NCBI GenBank assembly: GCA_025060695.1 | Contig: JANXBH010000008.1 | Coordinates: 2,094-66,093, forward strand | Origin: a candidate division WOR-3 bacterium | GTDB taxonomy: Bacteria; Hydrothermota; Hydrothermia; LBFQ01; DSFT01 | Direction of reading: 5' to 3' | DNA: 64,000 nucleotides | Part shown: positions 9,675-19,031 of the stretch, piece by piece | Layout: each line of letters begins with the position of its first letter | Position numbering within the stretch: position 1 is the stretch's first letter | Position numbers and translations under genes: made by a program | The notes under the pieces: model-generated | Told to the model about the DNA's origin: nothing | Databases searched by the model: none | Seen by the model: only the letters and a program-made list of their open reading frames with translations

Positions 9675-10855
9675 AATTTATTAGAGACCCACTTTATGAG
9701 GACTTTATAGTAATAGACGGTTTGTTATTGAAAGTTTTAGAGCACTATTCATTTCAAAGATTAAGAAGAATATCTCAACTTGGGCTTGTGAGCTATGTAT
9801 ATCCCGGTGCTACTCATACGAGATTTTCCCATTCACTTGGAGCTATGCACCTTATGGATGAAGTAATAAAGAATTTAGAAATGAAGGGTTTTAGTTTTAC
9901 TAAAGAATTGAAGTTAGCTATGAAATTTTGTGCACTTGTCCATGATATTGGTCATTGTTCATTTTCACATGCATTGGAATTTACACTATTAGATATAAAC
10001 CATGAAGAAATCACTAAGATTATTATTCAAGAAATACTAAAGGATATAGTTGGAATTGAAATTGCAGAAATTTCAATAGAAATACTAAATCATAAATTTA
10101 ATATGAAGTTTGTAAATGAGCTAATTAGTAGTCAATTAGATGTTGATAGATTGGACTATATTAGAAGGGATGCATTTTATTGTGGTGTTGATTATGGACT
10201 TATTGATGTTTCAAGAATTTTAAGAACTTTAACAATACATAATAATAAACTTGTAGTAGAGGAAAAGGGAAAACATGCGGTTGAAGGGTATTTAGTAGCA
10301 AGATATTTAATGTATTGGTCAGTATATTTTCATAAAACTAACTTAGCAATTCAAGCAATGCTATATTCTCTCTTTAAAAGAGCAAGGGACTTAGTTGAAA
10401 ATAAAATAGAAATACCACTTATAGATAGTTTGAAAATTCTAATAGAACATGGAATAAATACTAAATTAGGTTTAAATGCGTTCTTAACACTTGATGATAG
10501 CGATATATTCTATGTCCTTAAGTTATGGACAAGCTCAAACGACAAAATTCTTTCTGACCTTTCAAGAAGAATACTAAATAGAGAAATATTTAAGACTTAC
10601 GAAGAACTTTCTATTGAAGAAATAGATGTAATGAGGAAAAAACTCATAAATGAAGGACTTGACCCTAATTACTATTTAATAGAGAGGTCAGTTTCAGATG
10701 TCGCTTATGAACTAAACGATTTAGATACAAGTATTAAGGTTTTATCTAAGAACAATGAACTTTTAGAAATATCCCAGGCACTTCCTACTGATACGCTGAG
10801 AGCTCTTTCAAGACCAATTAAGAAAAAACTTATATTTTCTCCTTTAAAATTTTAA
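9671..10855 (+). CDS. HD-domain phosphohydrolase of the dGTPase/dNTP triphosphohydrolase family.
   Basis: Motifs RFSHSLGAMHL, VHDIGHCSFSH and DVDRLDYIRRDAFYCG match the dGTPase-type HD domain. Confidence 0.75.
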   Translation: MKFIRDPLYEDFIVIDGLLLKVLEHYSFQRLRRISQLGLVSYVYPGATHTRFSHSLGAMHLMDEVIKNLEMKGFSFTKELKLAMKFCALVHDIGHCSFSHALEFTLLDINHEEITKIIIQEILKDIVGIEIAEISIEILNHKFNMKFVNELISSQLDVDRLDYIRRDAFYCGVDYGLIDVSRILRTLTIHNNKLVVEEKGKHAVEGYLVARYLMYWSVYFHKTNLAIQAMLYSLFKRARDLVENKIEIPLIDSLKILIEHGINTKLGLNAFLTLDDSDIFYVLKLWTSSNDKILSDLSRRILNREIFKTYEELSIEEIDVMRKKLINEGLDPNYYLIERSVSDVAYELNDLDTSIKVLSKNNELLEISQALPTDTLRALSRPIKKKLIFSPLKF

Positions 10856-10867
10856 ACTAATGATTAT

Positions 10868-12028
10868 ATGGGTTTAGTTGTTTGGAGTTTGTGGGTTAAT
10901 ACAAAAACTTGGAACTTTAGTGCGAACTTTATAAATATTGCATACTATAACAAGGATAAAGTTATACTTATTGACGGTGCAATTTTAAGAAGGGATGGAA
11001 AAGACAGTTTTCTAACTTCAATTAGTAATATAAAAAGAATATACATAGATTATCCTATAGTCTATATCCTAAGTAGAAACGTAGATACACCATTTTTAAG
11101 CTATAACCTAAAAACAAGAGAAAAGACTTACTATAGGGTTTCTGGTGCATTTTCCGATTTCTCTATAAATTCAAAAACCTTACTTGCCCTATCAAATTAC
11201 TCTAATACTAAAAGTTATAATTTAAAGGATAGTGTTGTTATGGAAAAGTATGGATTTAGAATTTTAGATTTCAATGGGACACAGTTTTATATAGATAGGC
11301 AAAACAATTTAAGAAATCTAAAGACTGACCAAGTTATTTTTGAAAATGTAAAAAATATATCTTCATCACTGAATTATCTTTTGGTTTTCAAGAACGATAG
11401 ATTAGTTGTTTTAGATGAAGGTATGACAAAAAAGACTGAAATTTTAGGGGAATTTGTAGATGGTTTTGCGATAGATGTAGATGGAGATGAAAAAATTGAG
11501 TTAATAGTGTATGACAATAACAAGATTTATCTTTTTAAAGAAAGAGACATGGAAATTATATTTCATCAGAAAGACAGTATTACCTGTGTAATACCTTTGG
11601 ACTACAATAACGATGGGAGTTATGACCTGTTAGTTTCTACTAAGAGAGAAATGAAGTTGTTTGAGCAAATTCCTAAAATACTATTAGAATTTAAAAAATT
11701 AGACCAAGATGTATTAAATACTAAGTGCGGTTGCTTGTATGGCATGGTTTTAGTATCTCAAAGACCCATAAAAGATGAGCCATTTTCTATAAAAATTAAT
11801 TACAAAGCTGATGGCATTGAGTTAAAAGTAGATAATAAGTATGGTGAATTTGTTATAATTAACCTTCTTGATGCACGTGGTTCAATAATAAAAACTGTAT
11901 ACTCTGGTGCATTTAAGGGTGTAAATACATTTAACATAAGTAATCTACAAAATGCTGGACTTTACATTATAAGTATAAAAGGGGAGAGAAATTCTCAAAA
12001 AGTATCATTTATATGGAACAAAAGATAG
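10868..12028 (+). CDS. Secreted/surface protein with a C-terminal domain resembling the T9SS (Por-type) sorting domain.
   Basis: The C-terminal ~80 aa ends ...GLYIISIKGERNSQKVSFIWNKR, typical of Por-type C-terminal sorting domains. Confidence 0.5.
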   Translation: MGLVVWSLWVNTKTWNFSANFINIAYYNKDKVILIDGAILRRDGKDSFLTSISNIKRIYIDYPIVYILSRNVDTPFLSYNLKTREKTYYRVSGAFSDFSINSKTLLALSNYSNTKSYNLKDSVVMEKYGFRILDFNGTQFYIDRQNNLRNLKTDQVIFENVKNISSSLNYLLVFKNDRLVVLDEGMTKKTEILGEFVDGFAIDVDGDEKIELIVYDNNKIYLFKERDMEIIFHQKDSITCVIPLDYNNDGSYDLLVSTKREMKLFEQIPKILLEFKKLDQDVLNTKCGCLYGMVLVSQRPIKDEPFSIKINYKADGIELKVDNKYGEFVIINLLDARGSIIKTVYSGAFKGVNTFNISNLQNAGLYIISIKGERNSQKVSFIWNKR

Positions 12029-13410
12029 AGTTATACTTAAAGCAGTTTCCTATATACGAACTTTTAAAAGAAACCAATAGTTTTATTGTAGGCGGGACAA
12101 TAAGAAGTTTAATCTTGAATGAAGAAATTTTAGATATTGACATACTTACATTTGATGATATAAATGTTATAGCAAAGCAAATTGCAAAAATTACAAGTGG
12201 TACAATTGTAAAGTTAGATGAAAATACTATTAGAGTTGCAAGCGATATTAATTACGATATAAGTACTCCAAGAGGAAATAATATTTTTGAAGATTTAAGC
12301 AAAAGAGATTTTACAATAAATTCCATAGCATACGATATTAGAAATAAAATTATTCTTGATCCAATGTATGGAAAAAATGACATAAGCGGAAAAATTATTA
12401 GAATTTCATATTTAGACGCATTTAAAGATGACCCTTTAAGACTACTTAGAGCTATAAGGTTTTCCGCCATTTACGACTTTGATTTTGAAATGAATACTTA
12501 TAATCAAATGATAAAAGATGCTTATTTAATAAAGAATGTATCAGGTGAAAGAATACACTACGAACTAATTAAGATGTTCTCAAGTAATAATCCCTATAAG
12601 GCGTTAAAAACTTTAATAGATACTAATATTGGATTTTATTTGTTTCCCGAACTTAGTGATTTAAAAAAACCACTTCCTTTTCTTGAGCAAAACATATTGG
12701 AGCATACGTTGAAAGTTGTAGAGTTTTTGGATTTCTATTTGAAGTATTTAGATAAAAGTCCATTTCACTACTATTTGCATAGATTTAAAGTTTTAGAAAA
12801 ACCTGAAAATAGGGCAATTTTAGTAATTGCAGCAATATTTCATGATATAGCAAAACCAAAGACACATAGTTATGAAAATGGAGAAGTGCACTTTTATGGT
12901 CATGATGTAGAAGGTGCGAAAATATTTAAAGAAATTGCAAAAAGATTAAGTTTTTCAAGACGCGAAATTAAAATAATTAGCAATCTTATTTTAAACCATA
13001 TGCACCCACACTATCTTTCCTCCCCCGAAACTACGAAAAAGGCTATTAATAGATTTTTAAATAGAGTAGAGGATATTTCAAAAGGAGAGGAAGGATGGAC
13101 TTTTCCCTTAATACTTATAGCATTTTGCGATGCACTTGCAACGAAACTATCTCATTATGGAGTTTCAGGACACTTAAAAATAGCAAGGATTTTAGAAGAT
13201 ATATTACAAGAAAAAGAAGCAAATCAAAATAAACCACCAAGACTTGTTACAGGTTATGACATTATGGAAAGAGGAATTAGTCCATCACCCATTTATAAGA
13301 AAATACTTCAAGAAATTGAAGATTTAGTAGTTGAAGGTGTAATAAAAACAAGGGAACAAGCATTATCTGTTCTTGACGAGATTATAAAAAAGTATAAAGA
13401 ACAATCTTGA
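12013..13410 (+). CDS. cca: tRNA nucleotidyltransferase (CCA-adding enzyme/polyA polymerase family) with a C-terminal HD domain.
   Basis: 465 aa; PolA head-domain motifs (GGTIRSL, RDFTINS); HD region (IFHDIAKP). Confidence 0.8.
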   Translation: MEQKIELYLKQFPIYELLKETNSFIVGGTIRSLILNEEILDIDILTFDDINVIAKQIAKITSGTIVKLDENTIRVASDINYDISTPRGNNIFEDLSKRDFTINSIAYDIRNKIILDPMYGKNDISGKIIRISYLDAFKDDPLRLLRAIRFSAIYDFDFEMNTYNQMIKDAYLIKNVSGERIHYELIKMFSSNNPYKALKTLIDTNIGFYLFPELSDLKKPLPFLEQNILEHTLKVVEFLDFYLKYLDKSPFHYYLHRFKVLEKPENRAILVIAAIFHDIAKPKTHSYENGEVHFYGHDVEGAKIFKEIAKRLSFSRREIKIISNLILNHMHPHYLSSPETTKKAINRFLNRVEDISKGEEGWTFPLILIAFCDALATKLSHYGVSGHLKIARILEDILQEKEANQNKPPRLVTGYDIMERGISPSPIYKKILQEIEDLVVEGVIKTREQALSVLDEIIKKYKEQS

Positions 13411-13976
13411 AAGAAAAACTAAGAAAGATATTTCTCTATGGTATTGTGGATATTTTAGTAAGGAATAGAGTAAATCCGAATTTCATAACTATATTTGCTT
13501 TTCTTTTAAATTTCATTCCATTTTACTTTTATATAAACAAGCAATTTATATTAGGTGGTCTTAGTTTGTTATTAGTTAGTTTGCTTGATGCAATAGATGG
13601 AGAAGTAGCAAGAAAGTCAAATATGACTTCAAATTTTGGTGCTCTACTTGATTCTACGTTAGATAGGTTTTCTGAGGCACTAATATTTTTAGCCTTTATT
13701 ATTGCATTTAATAATAATTTTACTATTCAATTGCTACTTATTTTATGTGCCTTTGGTTCATTTTTTATTAGCTATATTAGAGCAAGGGGTGAAGGTTTAA
13801 GTATTTTGATAAAAGTTGGACCGATGGAAAGACCAGAAAGGATAGGATTTATTTTTATAATGAGTTTTTTTGTAGACTTTATAATTTATTTTCTCATTGC
13901 ATTTACAGTTTTGATATACTTAACTATTATTCTAAGAATATACCATGGATATAGAAAGCTTACTTTAAAATTATGA
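13407..13976 (+). CDS. CDP-alcohol phosphatidyltransferase family protein.
   Basis: DGEVARK...GALLDSTLDR matches the D-G-x2-A-R...G-x3-D-x3-D motif; multi-TM. Confidence 0.75.
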   Translation: MKEKLRKIFLYGIVDILVRNRVNPNFITIFAFLLNFIPFYFYINKQFILGGLSLLLVSLLDAIDGEVARKSNMTSNFGALLDSTLDRFSEALIFLAFIIAFNNNFTIQLLLILCAFGSFFISYIRARGEGLSILIKVGPMERPERIGFIFIMSFFVDFIIYFLIAFTVLIYLTIILRIYHGYRKLTLKL

Positions 13977-14488
13977 ACATGTTTTTAATAGATGAGGAAA
14001 CTATTAAGCAAAAAGTAAAAGAGTTAGCACAAAAAATATCAAAAGATTATGAAAACAGCGACAATTTAGTAGTTATAGGAGTGTTAAAGGGGGCATTTAT
14101 ATTTTTGGCTGATTTAGTAAGAGAACTTAAAATTCCTTGTAAAGTTGACTTTATAAAAGTTTCGTCATATGGACAGTCTACGCAAAGTTCAGGTATTGTA
14201 AGGATAGAATTAGATACAAGTATAGATATCGCAAATAGCGATGTTCTCATAGTTGAAGATATTTTAGATACGGGTTTAACTTTAAAATACATAAAGGAGC
14301 TTATTTTATCAAGAAATCCAAGGTCCTTAAAAATTGCAGTTTTGCTCGATAAAGTTGAGAGGAGAAAAATAGATATAAGTGCGGACTACGTTGGCTTTGT
14401 AGTTCCTGATAAATTCTTAGTAGGTTATGGTTTAGACTTTTCCGAAAACTATAGAAATATACCTTATATCAAAGAGCTTGAGACATAG
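13973..14488 (+). CDS. hpt: Hypoxanthine-guanine phosphoribosyltransferase.
   Basis: 171 aa; PRPP-binding VLIVEDILDTGLT. Confidence 0.85.
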   Translation: MNMFLIDEETIKQKVKELAQKISKDYENSDNLVVIGVLKGAFIFLADLVRELKIPCKVDFIKVSSYGQSTQSSGIVRIELDTSIDIANSDVLIVEDILDTGLTLKYIKELILSRNPRSLKIAVLLDKVERRKIDISADYVGFVVPDKFLVGYGLDFSENYRNIPYIKELET

Positions 14489-14491
14489 CTT

Positions 14492-16018
14492 TTATCTATA
14501 ACCATAAATCCTTCTTAAACTTAAATCTAACAAAATCAAAAATATTACAACAAAACCAAAAAACAAATTATTAAAAATTTCCTTTTGAACCCTTACTTTT
14601 TCACTTTCTATCTCATCTAAATTTTTAACAAACTTCCCTCCCGTTTTATTAGTTAAATTAGATAATGTAATAGTATCAATACCTTCCTCATTTTCAAAGC
14701 CTAAACTATCAACCTTCAAAAATATTTCTTTTTCATAAACTTTTCTATTTTCTAAATAACCCTCTATATTCAAAGTTTCCTCTTTTTTAATATTAATCGT
14801 TAAGTAATTTGGAATTTCCTTTCCATTTGAAAAAAATTTTATTTTTTGATTATTTGAAGTGATTTTTATATATGCCTTATTGTAAACTATACGATATTCT
14901 AAATTTACTATGGGTTTTAGATTTATTGCGGTATTTACTATTGGAATAATAATATTTTTATATTCCGAAAAGTCGTATCTTCCAATCTTCCAAAGCTCGT
15001 CAGTTAGAACGAAAACTCTCATTTTACTAATTCCTGAAAATGGACTAATTATATACTCATCTATGGGGAAATTTACCAGACTATCAAACTCTAAGTTATT
15101 TACTCTAAACTTATAAAACTTTTTATTTTTACTTAAAAAAACTAAGTCCTCTCCTTTATCTTCTCCATATCCAATTTTCAAAAGAAAGTCCTTCTTAAAT
15201 TTTTCATTCTTTAAATTTACTATTACTTCATATCCCATATCCTTTAAAGCCCTGTTTAAAATTCCAATCTCAGGATTTATTATATGAGCATTTATTAAAA
15301 TGGACTTACTAAAATTTTGAACTTGAATTGGATAAAATAATTTTCTATTTAAAAAATTTAGTTCTATTTTATAAAAGCCCTCTATATTTGGTGCTTTTAG
15401 TATAAAGGTAAAACTATTTTGACCTTTTTTTATTTGCCATTGTCTATATAGCTTTATAGTATCAAGTTTAATTTCAATTTTTATTGTAGTATCTCTATTT
15501 GAAAAAACTTCAAGATAATTTTGAAATATTTCTAATGGTTGAACAGTTTGTGGATATATGTAGTTTTTTATAAAAATATCATTAGTTTTGATATTTGGAT
15601 ATATCACATAAATAGGGACATGAAATTCGTCGTAGTTAATATCAGAAGGATAATTATGCCAACCATCTCCAATATACACTATTTTATCGTAGTTTTTTAG
15701 ATAACTCAATGCATTTAAATTAGTGATATTGTATTTAAAGCGAAAACCTTTAAATCTATAAATACTATCTCCTAGTTCAAATTTATCATAATTTTTTGTA
15801 TCTATGCTCTTGTAAAAATCAATTAGCCATGATGAACTTCTTGATAGGTCAAATACAACTGCAATTTTATCATTCTTTTGCTCAAAATAACTAATCTTTG
15901 GATTTAATACCATAAGTATTAGAATGAAAATTGCTAAACCTCTAAGGATTTTGGAAAATAAAGGTTTTGTTAGAATTATTATCAACAAAAGGAGAATTAA
16001 TAAGATAAAAATTGTCAA
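14492..16018 (-). CDS. Membrane protein with an N-terminal double-TM anchor, a possible vWA-like MIDAS motif (BatA-like) and a C-terminal TM helix.
   Basis: 508 aa; two N-terminal TM helices followed by [10 protein letters not shown] (DxSxS); C-terminal TM; 4-nt overlap with accB. Confidence 0.4.
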   Translation of the reverse strand: MTIFILLILLLLIIILTKPLFSKILRGLAIFILILMVLNPKISYFEQKNDKIAVVFDLSRSSSWLIDFYKSIDTKNYDKFELGDSIYRFKGFRFKYNITNLNALSYLKNYDKIVYIGDGWHNYPSDINYDEFHVPIYVIYPNIKTNDIFIKNYIYPQTVQPLEIFQNYLEVFSNRDTTIKIEIKLDTIKLYRQWQIKKGQNSFTFILKAPNIEGFYKIELNFLNRKLFYPIQVQNFSKSILINAHIINPEIGILNRALKDMGYEVIVNLKNEKFKKDFLLKIGYGEDKGEDLVFLSKNKKFYKFRVNNLEFDSLVNFPIDEYIISPFSGISKMRVFVLTDELWKIGRYDFSEYKNIIIPIVNTAINLKPIVNLEYRIVYNKAYIKITSNNQKIKFFSNGKEIPNYLTINIKKEETLNIEGYLENRKVYEKEIFLKVDSLGFENEEGIDTITLSNLTNKTGGKFVKNLDEIESEKVRVQKEIFNNLFFGFVVIFLILLDLSLRRIYGYR

Positions 16019-16479
16019 GAACTTACTTTAATCCAAAATAGTTCTTGTCCATATTCTACTGGTTTTCCATTTTCTACTAATATCTTTTCAACTATACCAT
16101 CAACATCACTCTCAATTTCATTCATTACTTTCATAGCTTCAACAATACACAAAACTTGTCCTTTTTTTACAAAATCTCCTTCCTTCACAAATGGTTCTGC
16201 ACCTGGCGAAGGCGCTCTATAGAATGTTCCTACAAGTGGAGATTTTATAACATGATAGTTTTTCTTGTCTTCTTCTGTTTCTTCCTTCTTTTCTTGAATA
16301 ATAGGTTGATTTGTAGTTTGGACCTGTATTGGAGTTGTTGGTTGGACTATAACTTGACCTTGAGTATTACTTTTTGAAAGCTTCATTCTAAGCTTTGGTT
16401 TATCCATTTCAATCTCAAGTTCACCTAAATTACTCTTTTGAAAAATATCTATAATTTTCATTATAAACTTGTAGTTCAT
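16015..16479 (-). CDS. accB: Acetyl-CoA carboxylase biotin carboxyl carrier protein.
   Basis: 154 aa; biotinylation motif [10 protein letters not shown] near the C-terminus; sits downstream of efp as in the conserved efp-accB arrangement. Confidence 0.8.
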   Translation of the reverse strand: MNYKFIMKIIDIFQKSNLGELEIEMDKPKLRMKLSKSNTQGQVIVQPTTPIQVQTTNQPIIQEKKEETEEDKKNYHVIKSPLVGTFYRAPSPGAEPFVKEGDFVKKGQVLCIVEAMKVMNEIESDVDGIVEKILVENGKPVEYGQELFWIKVSS

Positions 16480-17036
16480 TTCTTCCCAACCCTTTCTATG
16501 TATTTATCTTCCCTTGTATCTACTTTTATAATATCTCCTACTTCTATAAAATATGGAACTTTTATTACTTTATTTGTTTCAAGCTTTGCAGGCTTTCCTG
16601 CACCTGCTACTGTATCACCTTTAAAGTTAGGCTCAGTTTCTATTACTTCAAGTTCTACGAAGTTTGGAAGTTCAATACCTATAGGCTTTTTGTCTATATA
16701 CAAAATCGTAACTTCAAGTCCTTCTTTTAAATATCCAAGACTATCCTCAATATCTTCTTTACTAAAATGAATTTCTTCGTAATTTTGATTGTCAAAAAAT
16801 ACATAAGTATTATCGTTTAGCTTATATGAAAATATACCTGAGTTTCTTTCTAATTCAATTTCCTCAATGGGTTCATCTCTTTTAACTGTTAGATTATATA
16901 CATTACCTGTTTTTAAATGCTTTACTTTTAAAGAATATGTAGTTATATCATTTGCCTTGTGCACATGCTTGAAGTCCAAAACCAAGTATGGTTCATTTCT
17001 ATATTTAATTGCTGTCCCCTTTTTTACTTCTGCCAT
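16476..17036 (-). CDS. efp: Elongation factor P.
   Basis: 186 aa; EF-P-like throughout (VKPGKGAAFVR-type region is [22 protein letters not shown] here). Confidence 0.85.
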   Translation of the reverse strand: MAEVKKGTAIKYRNEPYLVLDFKHVHKANDITTYSLKVKHLKTGNVYNLTVKRDEPIEEIELERNSGIFSYKLNDNTYVFFDNQNYEEIHFSKEDIEDSLGYLKEGLEVTILYIDKKPIGIELPNFVELEVIETEPNFKGDTVAGAGKPAKLETNKVIKVPYFIEVGDIIKVDTREDKYIERVGKK

Positions 17037-17103
17037 ATTTAAATTTTAAAGGATTTACATTAGCTTTAAAATTTTCAGAAATTTTTTAGGGAGGTTAAAG
17101 TTT

Positions 17104-17571
17104 ATGGAAAGTTTGATAGAAAATATAGTGGTAATAAAAAGAACTGCAAAGATGAGAGCGGGAGGTAGGACTTTTAGGATGCACGTTTGGGTTGTTGTGG
17201 GTGATGGTCAAGGTAAGGTTGGTATCGGTCATGGAAGAGCAGCTGAAACTCCTGAAGCCGTCTCAAAAGCATTGAGACAAGCAAGAAAAAATCTAAAGAG
17301 TGTTGTAATAAAAAATGGAACACTACCTCATCCTGTGTATATAAAATTTGGTGCAATTAAGTTGATATTAAAGCCTGCTGCGCCCGGTACAGGTATAATC
17401 GCAAGCCAGCCAGTAAGAGCAATATTAGAAGCAGCAGGGTATAAAAATGTTCTAACAAAAGTTCTTGGTAAGTCAACAAATCCTGTAAATCTCTTGAAAG
17501 CTACTATGCTCGCACTTGAAGGTTTAAAAGACCCTGAATTTGTCCTATCGTATAGATACTCAAGCAAATGA
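17104..17571 (+). CDS. rpsE: 30S ribosomal protein S5, located outside any ribosomal-protein cluster.
   Basis: 155 aa; aligns along its length to S5 (VVGDGQGKVGIGHGRA, GTGIIA, STNPVNLLKAT); preceded by a GGGAGG SD. Confidence 0.85.
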   Translation: MESLIENIVVIKRTAKMRAGGRTFRMHVWVVVGDGQGKVGIGHGRAAETPEAVSKALRQARKNLKSVVIKNGTLPHPVYIKFGAIKLILKPAAPGTGIIASQPVRAILEAAGYKNVLTKVLGKSTNPVNLLKATMLALEGLKDPEFVLSYRYSSK

Positions 17572-19031
17572 TAGTATTAGACCAAAAAATTGACTATAAA
17601 CTTATTTATAAAATTGCTTATTCAGAAGAAGAAATAGAGATTAGTGATGATTTAAAAAGAAGAATTTTAAATAGTCGCAAGGTTTTAGAGGAAAAAATAA
17701 AGAATAATAAAACTATATATGGTGTAAATACAGGTTTTGGAAAGCTTTATAATGTAAAAGTAGAGGAGCTTGAAAAATTACAGCTAAATTTAGTTAGGTC
17801 GCATGCAGTAGGTACTGGTGAAGAATTAGAGAGAGAAATTTCAAGGGCTATATTATTTTTAAAACTTTTTAATCTCAGCTTAGGATACTCAGGTATTAGA
17901 TATGAAGTTATAGAAAGGCTGATATTTTTTTTAAATAATAAAGTATATCCCGTAATTCCTAAGTATGGTTCAGTTGGTTCAAGTGGGGACTTAGTCCCAC
18001 TCTCACATATGGCATTAACACTAATCGGAGAAGGTTTTGTATATTTAGATAAATCATTTTATCCGTCATTAATTGCACACAAAATTTTAGAAATAGAGCC
18101 ATTGAAATTAAAAGAAAAGGAAGGTCTTTCACTTATAAATGGTTTAGAATATAGCAAATCAATTTTATCGCTTAGCGTATATGAGTTTGAAAAGTTAATG
18201 CACCAGTTTATAACTGTATTTTTATTTTCCGCATATGCCTTTGAATCTAACAAAAGTCATTTTGACATAAAACTTTCAAAGTTGAGCAAAAGTGAAGGGT
18301 TTTCTACTATTATAAATATCCTTTATGATTTCTCAAAAAATCTTGAAAACAAAAGAATACAAGACCCATATTCTTTTAGAACCTTTCCACATATATTCTC
18401 TGCAGTTTATGACAATTTTAAATATATTTCTCAAAAATTGAATGAAGAAATAAATACTCCATCAGATAATCCAATAGTTATAGAAGATGAAGTTATATCT
18501 AGTGGCTTTTTTCAAGGTCAGCAAATTTCATTTTTAAGTGATTTTTTAAACATGAACCTTATAAAAATGTGCCATCTTTCTGAAAGAATTACTTTTCAAC
18601 TTTTAAAAGAATATAACTTTTTAATACCTAATCCAGGTATAAATACAGGACTTATGATAATGCAAGTAAGTCAAGCAAGTTTATTAAATAGCATGAATTT
18701 TTATCCATATTCTATAGACAATCTTATAACAAGTGAGTTTCAAGAAGATATTGTATCCTTTAGTTCAAATTCCGCTTTAAATCTATATGAAAATATTAAA
18801 AAAGCATACTACATTCTCTCATATCATCTAATAGCTGCGATTCAAGCCCTTTATATTACTAATAACTTTCAAAAACTTCCTTTAAAACTAAGTGAAATTT
18901 ATCATAATTTAAGATTTCATAAAACCAATCCTCTTAGAGAAATACAGGAAGATAGGAATTTTACACAAGATATAGAAAATGCTATTTATCATCTAAAAAA
19001 TGGAAATTTACTAATTTATAGTCTTTCGTAA
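17568..19031 (+). CDS. Aromatic amino acid ammonia-lyase family enzyme (histidine ammonia-lyase-like, MIO-dependent).
   Basis: 487 aa; HAL/PAL family motifs (YGVNTGFG, SHA.GTG, GSVGSSGDLVPLSHMAL); its ATG overlaps the rpsE stop (ATGA). Confidence 0.8.
   Translation: MIVLDQKIDYKLIYKIAYSEEEIEISDDLKRRILNSRKVLEEKIKNNKTIYGVNTGFGKLYNVKVEELEKLQLNLVRSHAVGTGEELEREISRAILFLKLFNLSLGYSGIRYEVIERLIFFLNNKVYPVIPKYGSVGSSGDLVPLSHMALTLIGEGFVYLDKSFYPSLIAHKILEIEPLKLKEKEGLSLINGLEYSKSILSLSVYEFEKLMHQFITVFLFSAYAFESNKSHFDIKLSKLSKSEGFSTIINILYDFSKNLENKRIQDPYSFRTFPHIFSAVYDNFKYISQKLNEEINTPSDNPIVIEDEVISSGFFQGQQISFLSDFLNMNLIKMCHLSERITFQLLKEYNFLIPNPGINTGLMIMQVSQASLLNSMNFYPYSIDNLITSEFQEDIVSFSSNSALNLYENIKKAYYILSYHLIAAIQALYITNNFQKLPLKLSEIYHNLRFHKTNPLREIQEDRNFTQDIENAIYHLKNGNLLIYSLS

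Noticed and set aside
17104-17571. The possibility that the S5-like ORF is not a genuine rpsE but an unrelated S5-domain-2 fold protein.
   Set aside because: It aligns along its full length, across both domains and the GTGIIA loop, with canonical S5. It has a strong SD and the expected size. I kept it as rpsE, with the unusual context flagged separately.
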